Positions 28,181 to 37,300 of a stretch of DNA of 64,000 bases are shown one piece after another. The notes under the pieces are model-generated. The model worked only from the letters and a program-made list of their open reading frames with translations. It made no database searches and had not been told where the DNA came from. The stretch is taken from contig JBBRPR010000009.1 in the NCBI GenBank assembly GCA_038227875.1, forward strand, positions 1-64,000. The letters run 5' to 3'. Numbering within the stretch: position 1 is the first letter of the stretch; each line of letters begins with the position of its first letter. The position numbers and the translations under genes are program-made. Source of the DNA: Planctomycetota bacterium. GTDB lineage: Bacteria > Planctomycetota > SZUA-567 > H5-PLA8.

Positions 28181-28981
28181 CTATTCCAGTTTAATCATGC
28201 CGCCGCCGTAAACGGCGATGGATTTCAAATGCGGATCGTGGCCTTGCATGCCTGTCAGCACGGTCGTGTCTTTGTTGTAAAATCGCGGGACATCGTCGGT
28301 GACGTAGAGCTTGGCCGCGGGTGTGCAGCAGGTGCCATCGGCATTGAATCCGATCAGCACGGGCGATGTACCCGTCACCGGATCGGCGGGGGCAATCATC
28401 GGGTAAATACCGATCAGCGTTCCCGGCTCGACGAGCATCGATTCGGCGACGTAATTATTGTACGACTGGCCGTAGCCGGGGATCGGCGTGGACGGGGACG
28501 CATCCTGATACGGAATCGAGAGTGGTTCGGTCCACGGGAATTTCACGGTCGGATTCCACGCGTTGGGGGCGAGCACTACCAGATTGGCCGGAGTGTTCGA
28601 GATGGGATTGGGGACGGTGGTGTTCGCCACCGGTTCTCCGGCCACAGTCAGTGCGTCAGCCGAGTTAGGGAAGAGATGGATCTTGAGCGTCTGCTTCGCG
28701 CCGTTGTTGACCGGATTGGCGGGGTTGACGCCGACGACTTCGACATACGCCACGGCATTGTTGCTGATGGCCAGATTGCGCGCGAGGTTCAGCGTCGAAA
28801 TGAGCGATTCGGTCGACTTGTTGATCCGCTGAGCCCGCCGCATGTTGGTATAGCCGCTGACGATCGCGGAAGTGAGAATCAGCATCACCGCCAACACAAC
28901 GAGCAATTCCATGAGGGTCACGCCGCGCGCGGAGGGCGTGGTCGCAGACGAACGATTGCAGTCTGGACGCCGAACCACCAT
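28181..28981 (-). CDS. Prepilin-type protein (FimT/GspH-like)
   Basis: RG|VTLMELLVVLAV; LISTLNLARNLAIS. Confidence 0.88.
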   Translation of the reverse strand: MVVRRPDCNRSSATTPSARGVTLMELLVVLAVMLILTSAIVSGYTNMRRAQRINKSTESLISTLNLARNLAISNNAVAYVEVVGVNPANPVNNGAKQTLKIHLFPNSADALTVAGEPVANTTVPNPISNTPANLVVLAPNAWNPTVKFPWTEPLSIPYQDASPSTPIPGYGQSYNNYVAESMLVEPGTLIGIYPMIAPADPVTGTSPVLIGFNADGTCCTPAAKLYVTDDVPRFYNKDTTVLTGMQGHDPHLKSIAVYGGGMIKLE

Positions 28982-29189
28982 GCAGATCCCCCTCATTCCC
29001 ACTACCTGCGAACTCTAAAACCGCACCGGCTTTATAAGGTGCCTATTCAGCTTAACCTCCATGTGGCAGAAACGTCATCATTTTCAGACAATTTTAGCGA
29101 GTACAACGAGTTTTGTGTCACGCAAAGACTTCGACGGGCTCGTCGAGTCGCCGCTAAGACGCAAAGAACTGCATTTTTGGGGGGACCTC

Positions 29190-29273
29190 GCCGCCAATTG
29201 GCGGCAGGGTATGTCATTTTGACCCTCGGGCCAATTGGCCCGCGTGAACCTTAGTAGCCATGGCTACTAAGGT
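29190..29273. repeat. Cluster of three perfect loopless palindromes
   Basis: GCCGCCAATTGGCGGC, CGGGCCAATTGGCCCG, ACCTTAGTAGCCATGGCTACTAAGGT. Confidence 0.8.
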
Positions 29274-29323
29274 CTGCTCGTCTGAATTGGAAATTCCGCG
29301 ACGATCACTTATTATCTTGCTCA

Positions 29324-30664
29324 ATGACAACTCGCTCCGCATCACCGACTGCACCCGCGCTTCCGCCCGAGCTTCGCATTGAACCCATCGGCCGGCCGAT
29401 CGATCTGGACATTGCGATCCCGGGTTCCAAGAGCATCACCAACCGCTACCTGGTCATGGGTGCGCTGGCCGACGGCGACGTCTCGCTGTCGGGCATGCTC
29501 CATTCTGACGACACGGTCCACATGATCGAAGGCCTGCGCGCGTTGGGCTTTGAAATTCAGGAAAACTGGGCCGAACGTCGCTGCACGATCCGCGGCAAAG
29601 GCGGCGTGATTCCCGCTGCCGGTGCCGAAGTCTACGTGGGCGCGGCGGGCACGGTCATGCGTTTTCTTTCGGCGTTCGTGAGCCTGGGCAAGGGCCGCTT
29701 CCGCCTCGACGGCACGCCGCGCATGCGCGAGCGGCCGATCGAAGACCTGCTGTTGAGCCTGCGCGAAATCGGCGTGAAGGCGGAGAGCGAATTTGGCAAC
29801 CAGTGTCCGCCGGTGATCGTCAATGCCGACGGCCTGCCCGGCGGCGTGGTCTCCATCGACGGGTCGCGGTCCAGCCAGTACATCAGCGCGATGCTGCTGA
29901 TCGCGCCGTACGCGCGGACGCCGATGCGCATCAACGTAACGGGCAATTTCGTTTCACGCCCGTTCGTGGAATTGACGCTGCACGGCATGTCCGATTTCGG
30001 CATCGGCACCGACACGGAGGGCGAGCGCCTTTACCGCCCGACGCATGGCATCAAGTACCGGCCCGGCTCGTACGAAGTGGAAGGCGATGCCACGGCCGCC
30101 AGTTATTTCCTCGCCGCCGCCGCGATTCTCGGCGGGCGCTGTTGCGTCACCAACATCCGCGCCGATTCGGCTCAGGGCGATGCCGGTTTCGCCGATGTGC
30201 TCCGCCGCATGGGCTGTCGCGTCCGCCAGGGATTTTTGCCCGGCAACCGCGGCATCGAAGTCTCCCGCGATCCGAAAACGCCGCTGAAAGCTATCGACGC
30301 GGATTTGAACGACATGCCCGACGTCGTGCTGACGCTCGCCGCCGTCTGTCTTTTCGCCGACGGCCCGTCACTGATCGAAAACGTTGGAAATCTGCGCATC
30401 AAGGAGACCGACCGACTCACCGCTCTGACCACGGAGCTCCGGCGTCTCGGCGCGAAAGTCGACGAGGGCCAGGACAGCCTCGAGATCACGCCCGCTCAGA
30501 CTTTGGACGCCGCCGTTGAAACCTACGACGATCACCGCATGGCGATGGCCATGTCGCTGGCCGGACTGGCGCGGCCGGGCGTGACGATCAAAAATCCGTC
30601 GTGCGTCTCGAAGACGTATCCGGAGTATTTTTTGGATCTCGAGAAGCTACGCGCGAAAAAGTAA
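29324..30664 (+). CDS. aroA: 3-phosphoshikimate 1-carboxyvinyltransferase (EPSP synthase)
   Basis: PGSKSITNR, RMRERPI, SSQYIS, RIKETDR, DDHRMAM, KTYP. Confidence 0.97.
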   Translation: MTTRSASPTAPALPPELRIEPIGRPIDLDIAIPGSKSITNRYLVMGALADGDVSLSGMLHSDDTVHMIEGLRALGFEIQENWAERRCTIRGKGGVIPAAGAEVYVGAAGTVMRFLSAFVSLGKGRFRLDGTPRMRERPIEDLLLSLREIGVKAESEFGNQCPPVIVNADGLPGGVVSIDGSRSSQYISAMLLIAPYARTPMRINVTGNFVSRPFVELTLHGMSDFGIGTDTEGERLYRPTHGIKYRPGSYEVEGDATAASYFLAAAAILGGRCCVTNIRADSAQGDAGFADVLRRMGCRVRQGFLPGNRGIEVSRDPKTPLKAIDADLNDMPDVVLTLAAVCLFADGPSLIENVGNLRIKETDRLTALTTELRRLGAKVDEGQDSLEITPAQTLDAAVETYDDHRMAMAMSLAGLARPGVTIKNPSCVSKTYPEYFLDLEKLRAKK

Positions 30665-30669
30665 CGCGG

Positions 30670-31158
30670 CTACTTAGGCAGCGCAGCGAGTAGTTCTGCG
30701 ATCGTTTTTTTCAAGACGGGATGGACTACGTCCGGCGCGATGCTTGCCAGCGGCAGCAGCACGAATTCGCGTTCGTGCATGCGCGGATGGGGGACGGTCA
30801 GGTTGGGCTCGTTGATCACGTCATCGTCGTACAGCAGCACGTCGAGATCGATCTGCCGCGGGAGATTCCGTTCGGCCGACGACCGGTCGCGGCCGAGTTC
30901 CTTCTCGCTCCGCAACAACAGCGCGAGCAATTCCTGCGCGGAGAGCGACGTCTTTAGCGCCGCAGCTCCATTTAAATAGCGCGGCTGTCCGGCGGGTCCG
31001 CCGACAGGAAGTGTTTCTATCCAATTCGAAACGCGTTCGACGCGCAGTGCTGGTTCTTTCTTCAATGCAGCGATGGCCCGCTCCAGCGATTCCGCGCGCG
31101 AGCCGAGATTCGACCCGAGCGCGATCCAGGCGCGGTGCTTCAGTGGTGCGCGCTTCAT
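30670..31158 (-). CDS. folK: 2-amino-4-hydroxy-6-hydroxymethyldihydropteridine diphosphokinase
   Basis: IALGSNLG, YLN, PRQIDLDVL, PHPRMHEREFVL; start moved to ATG 31158. Confidence 0.95.
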   Translation of the reverse strand: MKRAPLKHRAWIALGSNLGSRAESLERAIAALKKEPALRVERVSNWIETLPVGGPAGQPRYLNGAAALKTSLSAQELLALLLRSEKELGRDRSSAERNLPRQIDLDVLLYDDDVINEPNLTVPHPRMHEREFVLLPLASIAPDVVHPVLKKTIAELLAALPK

Positions 31159-31445
31159 GCTTCCGGCGGCGGTTCTGGTGGCTGGGGCGGTTTCTTTTTG
31201 GGGCGGGCGTGATAGGTCACCGATTCGGTGACGCGTTCGGCGCGCAACGCCGTGCGCAGCGCTTTTACGGAGGCGGGCAGCAGTGCGATCATCACCGCGC
31301 CACAGTGCGGACACGCGACGTAGCGTCCCGCGAGGCGCTTGACGATCCAGCCTTGAGGACGAAAGCCGACGCCATCGTCTTCGCCGATGACCAGACCTTT
31401 TTTCGAACAGACGGGGCATTTCTGCCCGAGAATATGCAGAGCCAT
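31155..31445 (-). CDS. Small zinc-finger-like protein
   Basis: CPVC and CPHC pairs; stop overlaps the folK start (ATGA). Confidence 0.65.
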   Translation of the reverse strand: MALHILGQKCPVCSKKGLVIGEDDGVGFRPQGWIVKRLAGRYVACPHCGAVMIALLPASVKALRTALRAERVTESVTYHARPKKKPPQPPEPPPEA

Positions 31446-31496
31446 GGAAGCAGATTACCGGAAGCCGACTCCGCCCGCAATGCGTGACAGACGCGC

Positions 31497-32441
31497 TTAC
31501 AGCTGGTCCAGCTTCTCCTCATATTCACGCGTGGTGATCTTGCCCTGCTGCAGGTCGAAAGCGAGTTTGCGGATGTCGTCGTCGTGGTGCTCGTGTGCTT
31601 CGGCCAGCGCGTCTTTGTGTTTTTCGTATTCGGCCTTGCCGCGCTTCTTTTCCTCGAGGTACACCGGCTTCAGCGACTCGATTGAGCGCGAGCCGTCGCT
31701 CTTGAAATAAATGTACGCTACTTTTCCCAGCGCATACGTCGACGCGAACGATCCGGCCGCGCCGATCAGGCTGCCGAGTCCGGGGATCAATTTGCAGAGC
31801 TCGATGATCGCGATCTGGCAGCCCGTGCCGACACCGAGCGTTTCAAACATGAGTTGAACAGTGTCGCTGTCGGTCTTGTGTCCGACGATTCCCGCGACCG
31901 CGTGCACCATTTTGACTTGCAGCGGTACAATCAAGAGCGAGGGCACCAGTGGCACGGGAATCGCGCCGGTTACGCCCGTCAGCAGCGCGTAACGGAGCAG
32001 CATTTTGTTGAACGCGGCATCGCGTTCCTTCTCCGGAACCGACGCGTGCAGCGGCGCCGGGACGTCGTGCGTCGCTTCGTGAACGGCGTCGAGCGCCTTG
32101 GCCAGATGCTTTTCTTCTTCGGGATGAATATTCCACGCGGTGCGCAGCAGCGTCAGCAATTTGTCTTCGGCTTCGGCGATTTCCAAATCAGCATGAGCCA
32201 TCGCGAAGACGCTGGCGTAGATCGAATCGCGCGCCTCGTGGCTGGCGACGAGCTTCGCCAGCTCCGCGCAATCGTTCTTCTCTTCCAGCAACTTCTCGCT
32301 GGTCAATCCGTCCGGGAACTTCAGGCCGCGCAGCACGTCGTCCAGTTGATGCCGCTCTTCGTTGCGCATCACACCGTCGGCCTTCGCCATGCAGATCAGC
32401 AGGCGGATTCCCGCCAGCGCTTCACCGTTGACTTCACCCAT
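31497..32441 (-). CDS. TerB-like domain fused to DUF697-like domain
   Basis: MAKADGVMRNEE and MAHADLEIAEAE (TerB-like); GAIPVP...QVKMV...KLIPGLG...STYALG (DUF697-like). Confidence 0.8.
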   Translation of the reverse strand: MGEVNGEALAGIRLLICMAKADGVMRNEERHQLDDVLRGLKFPDGLTSEKLLEEKNDCAELAKLVASHEARDSIYASVFAMAHADLEIAEAEDKLLTLLRTAWNIHPEEEKHLAKALDAVHEATHDVPAPLHASVPEKERDAAFNKMLLRYALLTGVTGAIPVPLVPSLLIVPLQVKMVHAVAGIVGHKTDSDTVQLMFETLGVGTGCQIAIIELCKLIPGLGSLIGAAGSFASTYALGKVAYIYFKSDGSRSIESLKPVYLEEKKRGKAEYEKHKDALAEAHEHHDDDIRKLAFDLQQGKITTREYEEKLDQL

Positions 32442-32555
32442 GGTTCGTCTCCTCGCCAATCCACTCGTCACGGTTAAACTATAAGAGGTGGGCGACGCGG
32501 TCGATACAATTTACGCCCTCTTTACGAATCACCCAGACGGCAAGCGAGCGAGACC

Positions 32556-33284
32556 ATGGCAGAAACCATCCGAAAAGCAAAGACGGGCATCGTTTTCATG
32601 GCGCTGCTGGCGATTGTCGGTGCGGGGGCCGGCGGCGTCTACATGGCCGACCAACTTTACTACAAACCGATGCGCGAACAGAAACAACTGGTCGAGAACC
32701 TGAAGACGATTCTCGACCGCCTCACCAAGGACGTGCGCATGGCGGAAGTGATGGTCTTGAGCCAGACCAAGGACCCGCTGCGCACGACGATTCGATTTCA
32801 GGAAGTGGACGAACAGGATAACCCGCTGGGGCCGGCGCGGGAGATGGCCTTTGACGGCGATGAAATTTATTTCGATACGCTGGTGATCAAGTTCGAAGAG
32901 CAGTTCAAGCCGCTCGACGACGAACGCTTGAAGCAGAAGGACGCCGGCGTTGAGCTGGCCGGAAAATCGATCATCATTTTCCGCCGCGTCTTCAGCGATA
33001 AATTGCAGCCGGAAAAAGGCGAGCAGTTGGACATGCAGGGCCAGGAACCGCTGGTTTACGCCGGCAAGACCGCACCGACGAAATTCGAACGCGAACTGTG
33101 GCAGGACTTCTGGAAGCTGGCCAACGATCCCGATTTGGCCAAATCGCGCGGTGTTCGTGCGGCGCACGGGCAGGCCGTCTCATCAAAGGTTCAGCCCGAC
33201 AAGATTTACGTGATCGAAAAGCGCGCCAGTGGTGAACTGTCCATCAAATCCGAAAAAGTCCGGCCCGTGATGCGCAACCCATAG
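32556..33284 (+). CDS. Membrane-anchored hypothetical protein
   Basis: N-terminal TM, coiled coil, host-like codon usage. Confidence 0.75.
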   Translation: MAETIRKAKTGIVFMALLAIVGAGAGGVYMADQLYYKPMREQKQLVENLKTILDRLTKDVRMAEVMVLSQTKDPLRTTIRFQEVDEQDNPLGPAREMAFDGDEIYFDTLVIKFEEQFKPLDDERLKQKDAGVELAGKSIIIFRRVFSDKLQPEKGEQLDMQGQEPLVYAGKTAPTKFERELWQDFWKLANDPDLAKSRGVRAAHGQAVSSKVQPDKIYVIEKRASGELSIKSEKVRPVMRNP

Positions 33285-33385
33285 GCAAGTCTGTCGCGGT
33301 GTTCCATCCACGGGACACCGCACAAGTCCGCGCACCCTTTCCTCCCGGCGCCGCAATTCCTCTGTGGAAAACGGAGGAACTGTTC

Positions 33386-34330
33386 ATGCTGACACGTATC
33401 GCGGCGCTGATGCTGTTAACTTTAGGGGCCGGTGCACTTCGGGCGGGGGAGAGCAAGCCCATCACGGATCCCACCGCGCCGGGCAACCACGAATCGTTGC
33501 TCGCGGTCGGCACGTTGAAGCGCGATTTCTGGTATCACGTTCCGGTTAAATATTCCAAATCGACTGCAACGCCGCTGCTGATTGTCCTACCCTACGGCTG
33601 TGGCCGCTTGCCCTTTGGCGATGACTACTCGCATTTCATGCCGCTCTCCGACGAACACGGTTTCATCATGGTTACCGCCGAGTCTTCCAGGGAATGCGGC
33701 TGCTGGGCGCCGTACATGAACTGCGATCCAAAGCTGGAGCCCAAGGGCAGCATGGCCGGAAAGGTGAAAGCATGGGCCGACGAGGCCGCGTACTTTTCCG
33801 CCTTAATCGATGAGATGGAGAAGAATTTCAACATCGACAAGAACCGCGTCTTCATCTGCGGCTCTTCGGGGGGCGGGTTGATGACGTACCGCCTGAGCGT
33901 CCTGATCGCCGACCGCATCACCGCCGCGGGAATTGCGTGCGGGAATTTTGTCTGGCGCAACGAATACGAACAGACGCCCATCCCCACGCCCGCGCGTCCC
34001 GTCTCGATCATCGCTTTTCATGGTGACGCCGACAAAAATGTTTCGTACGGGCACAGTGCCAACGCCAATATCACCGTCTGGTCCGCGCACGAATCCGCCG
34101 GCTTCTGGGTGAAGTTCAACGGTTGCGACGCCACGCCGCAGAAGAGCACTGTCCCGGCCGCGCAGGTTCACAACGCGAAAGTCGAATCCGAAACGTGGAT
34201 CGCAGGCAAAGGCGACGCCACCGTGGCCCTCTACACACGAATCGGCGGCGGCCACGAATTTCCCGGATACGCGCCGCCGATGATGTGGGATTTCTTCATG
34301 AAGGAAGCCGACCGACGCTTCCCGAAGTAA
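33386..34330 (+). CDS. Secreted alpha/beta-hydrolase, PHB-depolymerase/LpqC-like esterase
   Basis: GGAGG RBS, signal peptide, IDKNRVFICGSSGGG, FHGDADKNV, GGGHEFPG. Confidence 0.87.
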   Translation: MLTRIAALMLLTLGAGALRAGESKPITDPTAPGNHESLLAVGTLKRDFWYHVPVKYSKSTATPLLIVLPYGCGRLPFGDDYSHFMPLSDEHGFIMVTAESSRECGCWAPYMNCDPKLEPKGSMAGKVKAWADEAAYFSALIDEMEKNFNIDKNRVFICGSSGGGLMTYRLSVLIADRITAAGIACGNFVWRNEYEQTPIPTPARPVSIIAFHGDADKNVSYGHSANANITVWSAHESAGFWVKFNGCDATPQKSTVPAAQVHNAKVESETWIAGKGDATVALYTRIGGGHEFPGYAPPMMWDFFMKEADRRFPK

Positions 34331-34333
34331 GAA

Positions 34334-34361
34334 AACCCCTGCGCAAATTTGCACAGGGGTT
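34334..34361. terminator. Palindrome between convergent genes, likely terminator
   Basis: AACCCCTGCGCAAATTTGCACAGGGGTT. Confidence 0.6.
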
Positions 34362-34373
34362 GCAAGCATGAGG

Positions 34374-36434
34374 TTAGACCTCCACTTCCTTCAACTGCCG
34401 GCTTTTCGCCGCCGCCACGATCGGGCCGGCGATGTTCGGCGGGACGACGTCGTAGTGCGAAAACTCGACGGTGTAGAATCCTTCGCCGCCGGTGATCGCC
34501 TTCAATTCCGCCGAGTAATTCTGCAGCGCCGACGCCGGCACCTGCGCCCGGACGACCTGCAGATCGCCGAGCTGATCCATGCCCTGGATGCGCCCGCGAT
34601 GGCCGCTGAGGTGGCCGGTGATGTCGCCCATGAATTTTCCCGGCAGCACCACTTCCAAATTCACAATCGGCTCGATCAACTGCGGCTTGGCCTTTTCGAA
34701 TGCCTCCTTAAAACATTCGCGCGCCGCAATCTGGAATGCGATGTCTTTGGAATCGACGTCGTGATACTTGCCGTCGTTCAAACGCACCTTGACGTCGACG
34801 ACCGGAATGCCCGGCCACACGCCTTCGGCCATCTTGCTGACCACGCCCTTTTCGCAGGAAGGAATGAACTGCCGCGGAATCACGCCGCCGACGATCTCGT
34901 CGATGAATTCGAAACCGTTGCCCAGATTCGGTTCGATCTTGATCTGGCAGCGCCCGTACTGTCCCGCGCCACCGCTCTGCTTTTTGTGCGTATACGCCAC
35001 TTCCGCGACGCCGGCGATTGTCGAGCGGTACGGAATCTTCGGCGCATGCGTCACGACTTCGATGTGCTGCGCCTTCAGCCGGTGGAGCATCAAATCCAGG
35101 TGCGTCTGCCCCATGCCGCGGATCACGAGCTCGTGCGTCTGCGGGTCGACTTCGACGACAAACGACGGATCGCCTTCCGCGAACTGCCGCAGTCGCTGGC
35201 CGACCTTCGCTTCATCGTTGCGGTTCTTCGCCTCGATCGCCAGCGCCTGCATCGGCGGCGAGACGGGAATCGGCGGCAGGTACCAGCCCGTATCGTCCGT
35301 CGAGAGCGTGTCGCCAAAGTTCAGACTTTCGCACTTCGGGATCGCCACGATTTCGCCGCACGAGACGCCGTCCTGCTCCTTGGTGTCCTTGCCCTGGACG
35401 CTGAGCACATGCATGAACTTTTCCGGCTTGGCCGCGGAGGAACTCTTGGCCACACCGCCCACTGGCAGCGTGCCGGAAAAGACGCGCAGGTAACTGATCT
35501 TCCCGATGAACGGATCGCGCTTGCTCTTGATCACCTGCGCGAAGAGCGGTCCTGATGCCGACGGCGTCACGATGCGTTCTTCGTAGCCGCCAGGCTTGTC
35601 CGTAGCCTTGCGGCGCAGATGGATCGGCTCGTCGAGCGGCGAGGGGCCTTCCTCATCAATGAAGTGGAGCAGTTCCTTGATGCCGATGTCCTTCTCCGCT
35701 GAGACGCAGACAACCGGGACCATTGCTCCGCTGGTCATGCCCTTGGTGAAGCAATGTGCGATCTCTTCGTGCGAGATTTTTTCGTCCGCGAGGTAACGCT
35801 CCAGCACTTTCTCATCGGAGGAAACCGCCGTCTCCACGAGGCTGGCGTGCATCGCCTTCGCCTGTTCCTGGAGGTGTTCCGGCACCGTGCCGATCTCATC
35901 AAAGAGGTTGATCACGCCCTTGAAATCCTTGTTCTCACCGACGGGCAGAAACAGCGGCGCGACCGTTTTGCCGAAGACTTCACGGAGCTGATCCAGCACT
36001 TGCTCGAATTTCGCGCGTTCGTGATCCATCTTGGTGATCACGAAGACCTTCGGCCGTTCCAGCGCCGTGGCCATGCCCCACAATTTGCGCGTCATCACTT
36101 CCACGCCCGCGACGGCGCTGACGGCGATCAGCGTGGTCTCGGTTGCCGCCATGCCTTCGGCCGCGCCGGAGACAAAATCGGGCAGGCCGGGGCAGTCGAG
36201 CAGGTGGACGCGCTTGCCGTGAAAATCGAAATGGGCGATCGACGTTTCGATCGAATGCAGGCGTTCTTTTTCATCCGGATCGAAATCGCTGACAGTGTTT
36301 TTCTCGGCGATCGTGCCTTTTTTGCGAATGGCGCCCGCCGCGAAGAGCAGGGCTTCGGTCAGCGTGGTTTTGCCGGTGCCATTGTGTCCAACGAGAGCCA
36401 CATTGCGGATATTTTCGGGGGCGATTTTAGCCAT
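34374..36434 (-). CDS. Elongation factor G paralogue (EF-G2-like)
   Basis: Full EF-G architecture (HKKQSGGAGQYG, DGKYHDVDS) with divergent GTPase motifs GHNGTGKTT, ERLHSI, DCPGL; AGGAGG RBS. Confidence 0.92.
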   Translation of the reverse strand: MAKIAPENIRNVALVGHNGTGKTTLTEALLFAAGAIRKKGTIAEKNTVSDFDPDEKERLHSIETSIAHFDFHGKRVHLLDCPGLPDFVSGAAEGMAATETTLIAVSAVAGVEVMTRKLWGMATALERPKVFVITKMDHERAKFEQVLDQLREVFGKTVAPLFLPVGENKDFKGVINLFDEIGTVPEHLQEQAKAMHASLVETAVSSDEKVLERYLADEKISHEEIAHCFTKGMTSGAMVPVVCVSAEKDIGIKELLHFIDEEGPSPLDEPIHLRRKATDKPGGYEERIVTPSASGPLFAQVIKSKRDPFIGKISYLRVFSGTLPVGGVAKSSSAAKPEKFMHVLSVQGKDTKEQDGVSCGEIVAIPKCESLNFGDTLSTDDTGWYLPPIPVSPPMQALAIEAKNRNDEAKVGQRLRQFAEGDPSFVVEVDPQTHELVIRGMGQTHLDLMLHRLKAQHIEVVTHAPKIPYRSTIAGVAEVAYTHKKQSGGAGQYGRCQIKIEPNLGNGFEFIDEIVGGVIPRQFIPSCEKGVVSKMAEGVWPGIPVVDVKVRLNDGKYHDVDSKDIAFQIAARECFKEAFEKAKPQLIEPIVNLEVVLPGKFMGDITGHLSGHRGRIQGMDQLGDLQVVRAQVPASALQNYSAELKAITGGEGFYTVEFSHYDVVPPNIAGPIVAAAKSRQLKEVEV

Positions 36435-36494
36435 GGTCGAGCACCTCCTGACAGTCCCTGGATCGGGCGCACTTCTCATTGCAAGAAGTGCGAT

Positions 36495-36695
36495 AAAACA
36501 AAAAAGCGAGACCTGCAGGTCTCGCTTTTTACTTACGTTTTGGTTCAACCCAGCCGCAAGAGCAGTCCCCCACGGAAGCTCTTACGGCCCAGTCATCAGG
36601 CCCGGTATGATCCCCAGTACCCATACCTCTTCTATACCCCTGTTTTAAGCCTGTCGCAAGGCCGAAACATAACACTATCACAGGGATTTGACCCG
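36495..36695 (-). ncRNA. Candidate structured RNA or attenuator leader
   Basis: Several stems whose G-U pairs favour the minus strand (CCGTAAGAGC/GCTCTTGCGG, GGTATG/CATACC, CCCTGT/ACAGGG), ending at the terminator. Confidence 0.5.
36501..36530 (-). terminator. Strong intrinsic terminator upstream of the EF-G paralogue
   Basis: Perfect 30-bp palindrome AAAAAGCGAGACCTGCAGGTCTCGCTTTTT with a longer T-rich tract on the minus strand. Confidence 0.85.
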
Positions 36696-37049
36696 TTAGC
36701 TGCGTCGTTGCTGTTTTCCATTTCAACATTCTTGTGAATGCGAAATTCAACGCGAGTGAAGGCGCGCTGGCCTTCAATAAAAAGTGAAAATTGAGAAACG
36801 GAAAATCGAAGATGCACTTTCGTTCACGGGTCAAAAAACTTTCCAACTTAACTCTTGCACAGGGACCCTTCGTATGATTAGATCAGGCTCATGGTGCTGA
36901 GCTAGGACGCTAGTCAGCAATGACCGATTCACATCTGGTTTCGCCGCAAGCCGGCTGGTCTCGCGTACTTCAGTGTACGCCCCCGGTTGCTACCTTCTCC
37001 AAGGTGGCCAGGCCCAACCAGAGGGGCTCGCAGAACAGGAGGTGATCCA

Positions 37050-37097
37050 GTGAGTAGTTGTAAACCCTACGGTGACCGGAGGTGGCTGTCCGCGTAA
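37050..37097 (+). CDS. Putative 15-aa micro-ORF MSSCKPYGDRRWLSA inside the RNA
   Basis: GTG start directly after AGGAGGTGATCCA; TAA at 37095-37097. Confidence 0.45.
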   Translation: MSSCKPYGDRRWLSA

Positions 37098-37300
37098 GAA
37101 GGGACGGTACTTGTTGGTGCCACTGGAACCTCTCGATGCACTTCATCAGTAGTCGAAAGAGTTCTGCAAGTGAAGACCGCCGCGTTCATGCGGGCCTGAT
37201 CTTTAAGAACCGTTGATCATGGTCCTTGACTGACGCAGTTACCGAGTAAGTCTCTCGGGGCTGACGGGCCTCATGCGCGTGACAGCCTTTGTAATCACCG

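Noticed and set aside
31159..31419. Extended folK N-terminus
   Set aside because: Overlaps the zinc-finger ORF; ATGA coupling supports a start at 31158.
34374..36434. Canonical fusA or a tetracycline ribosomal protection protein
   Set aside because: Degenerate GTPase motifs, no rpsL/rpsG context, and EF-G-type domain IV loops.
37037..37050. Fragment of a minus-strand 16S rRNA gene
   Set aside because: The match is only 14 nt and the flanks lack other conserved 16S 3' sequence such as AAGTCGTAACAAGG.
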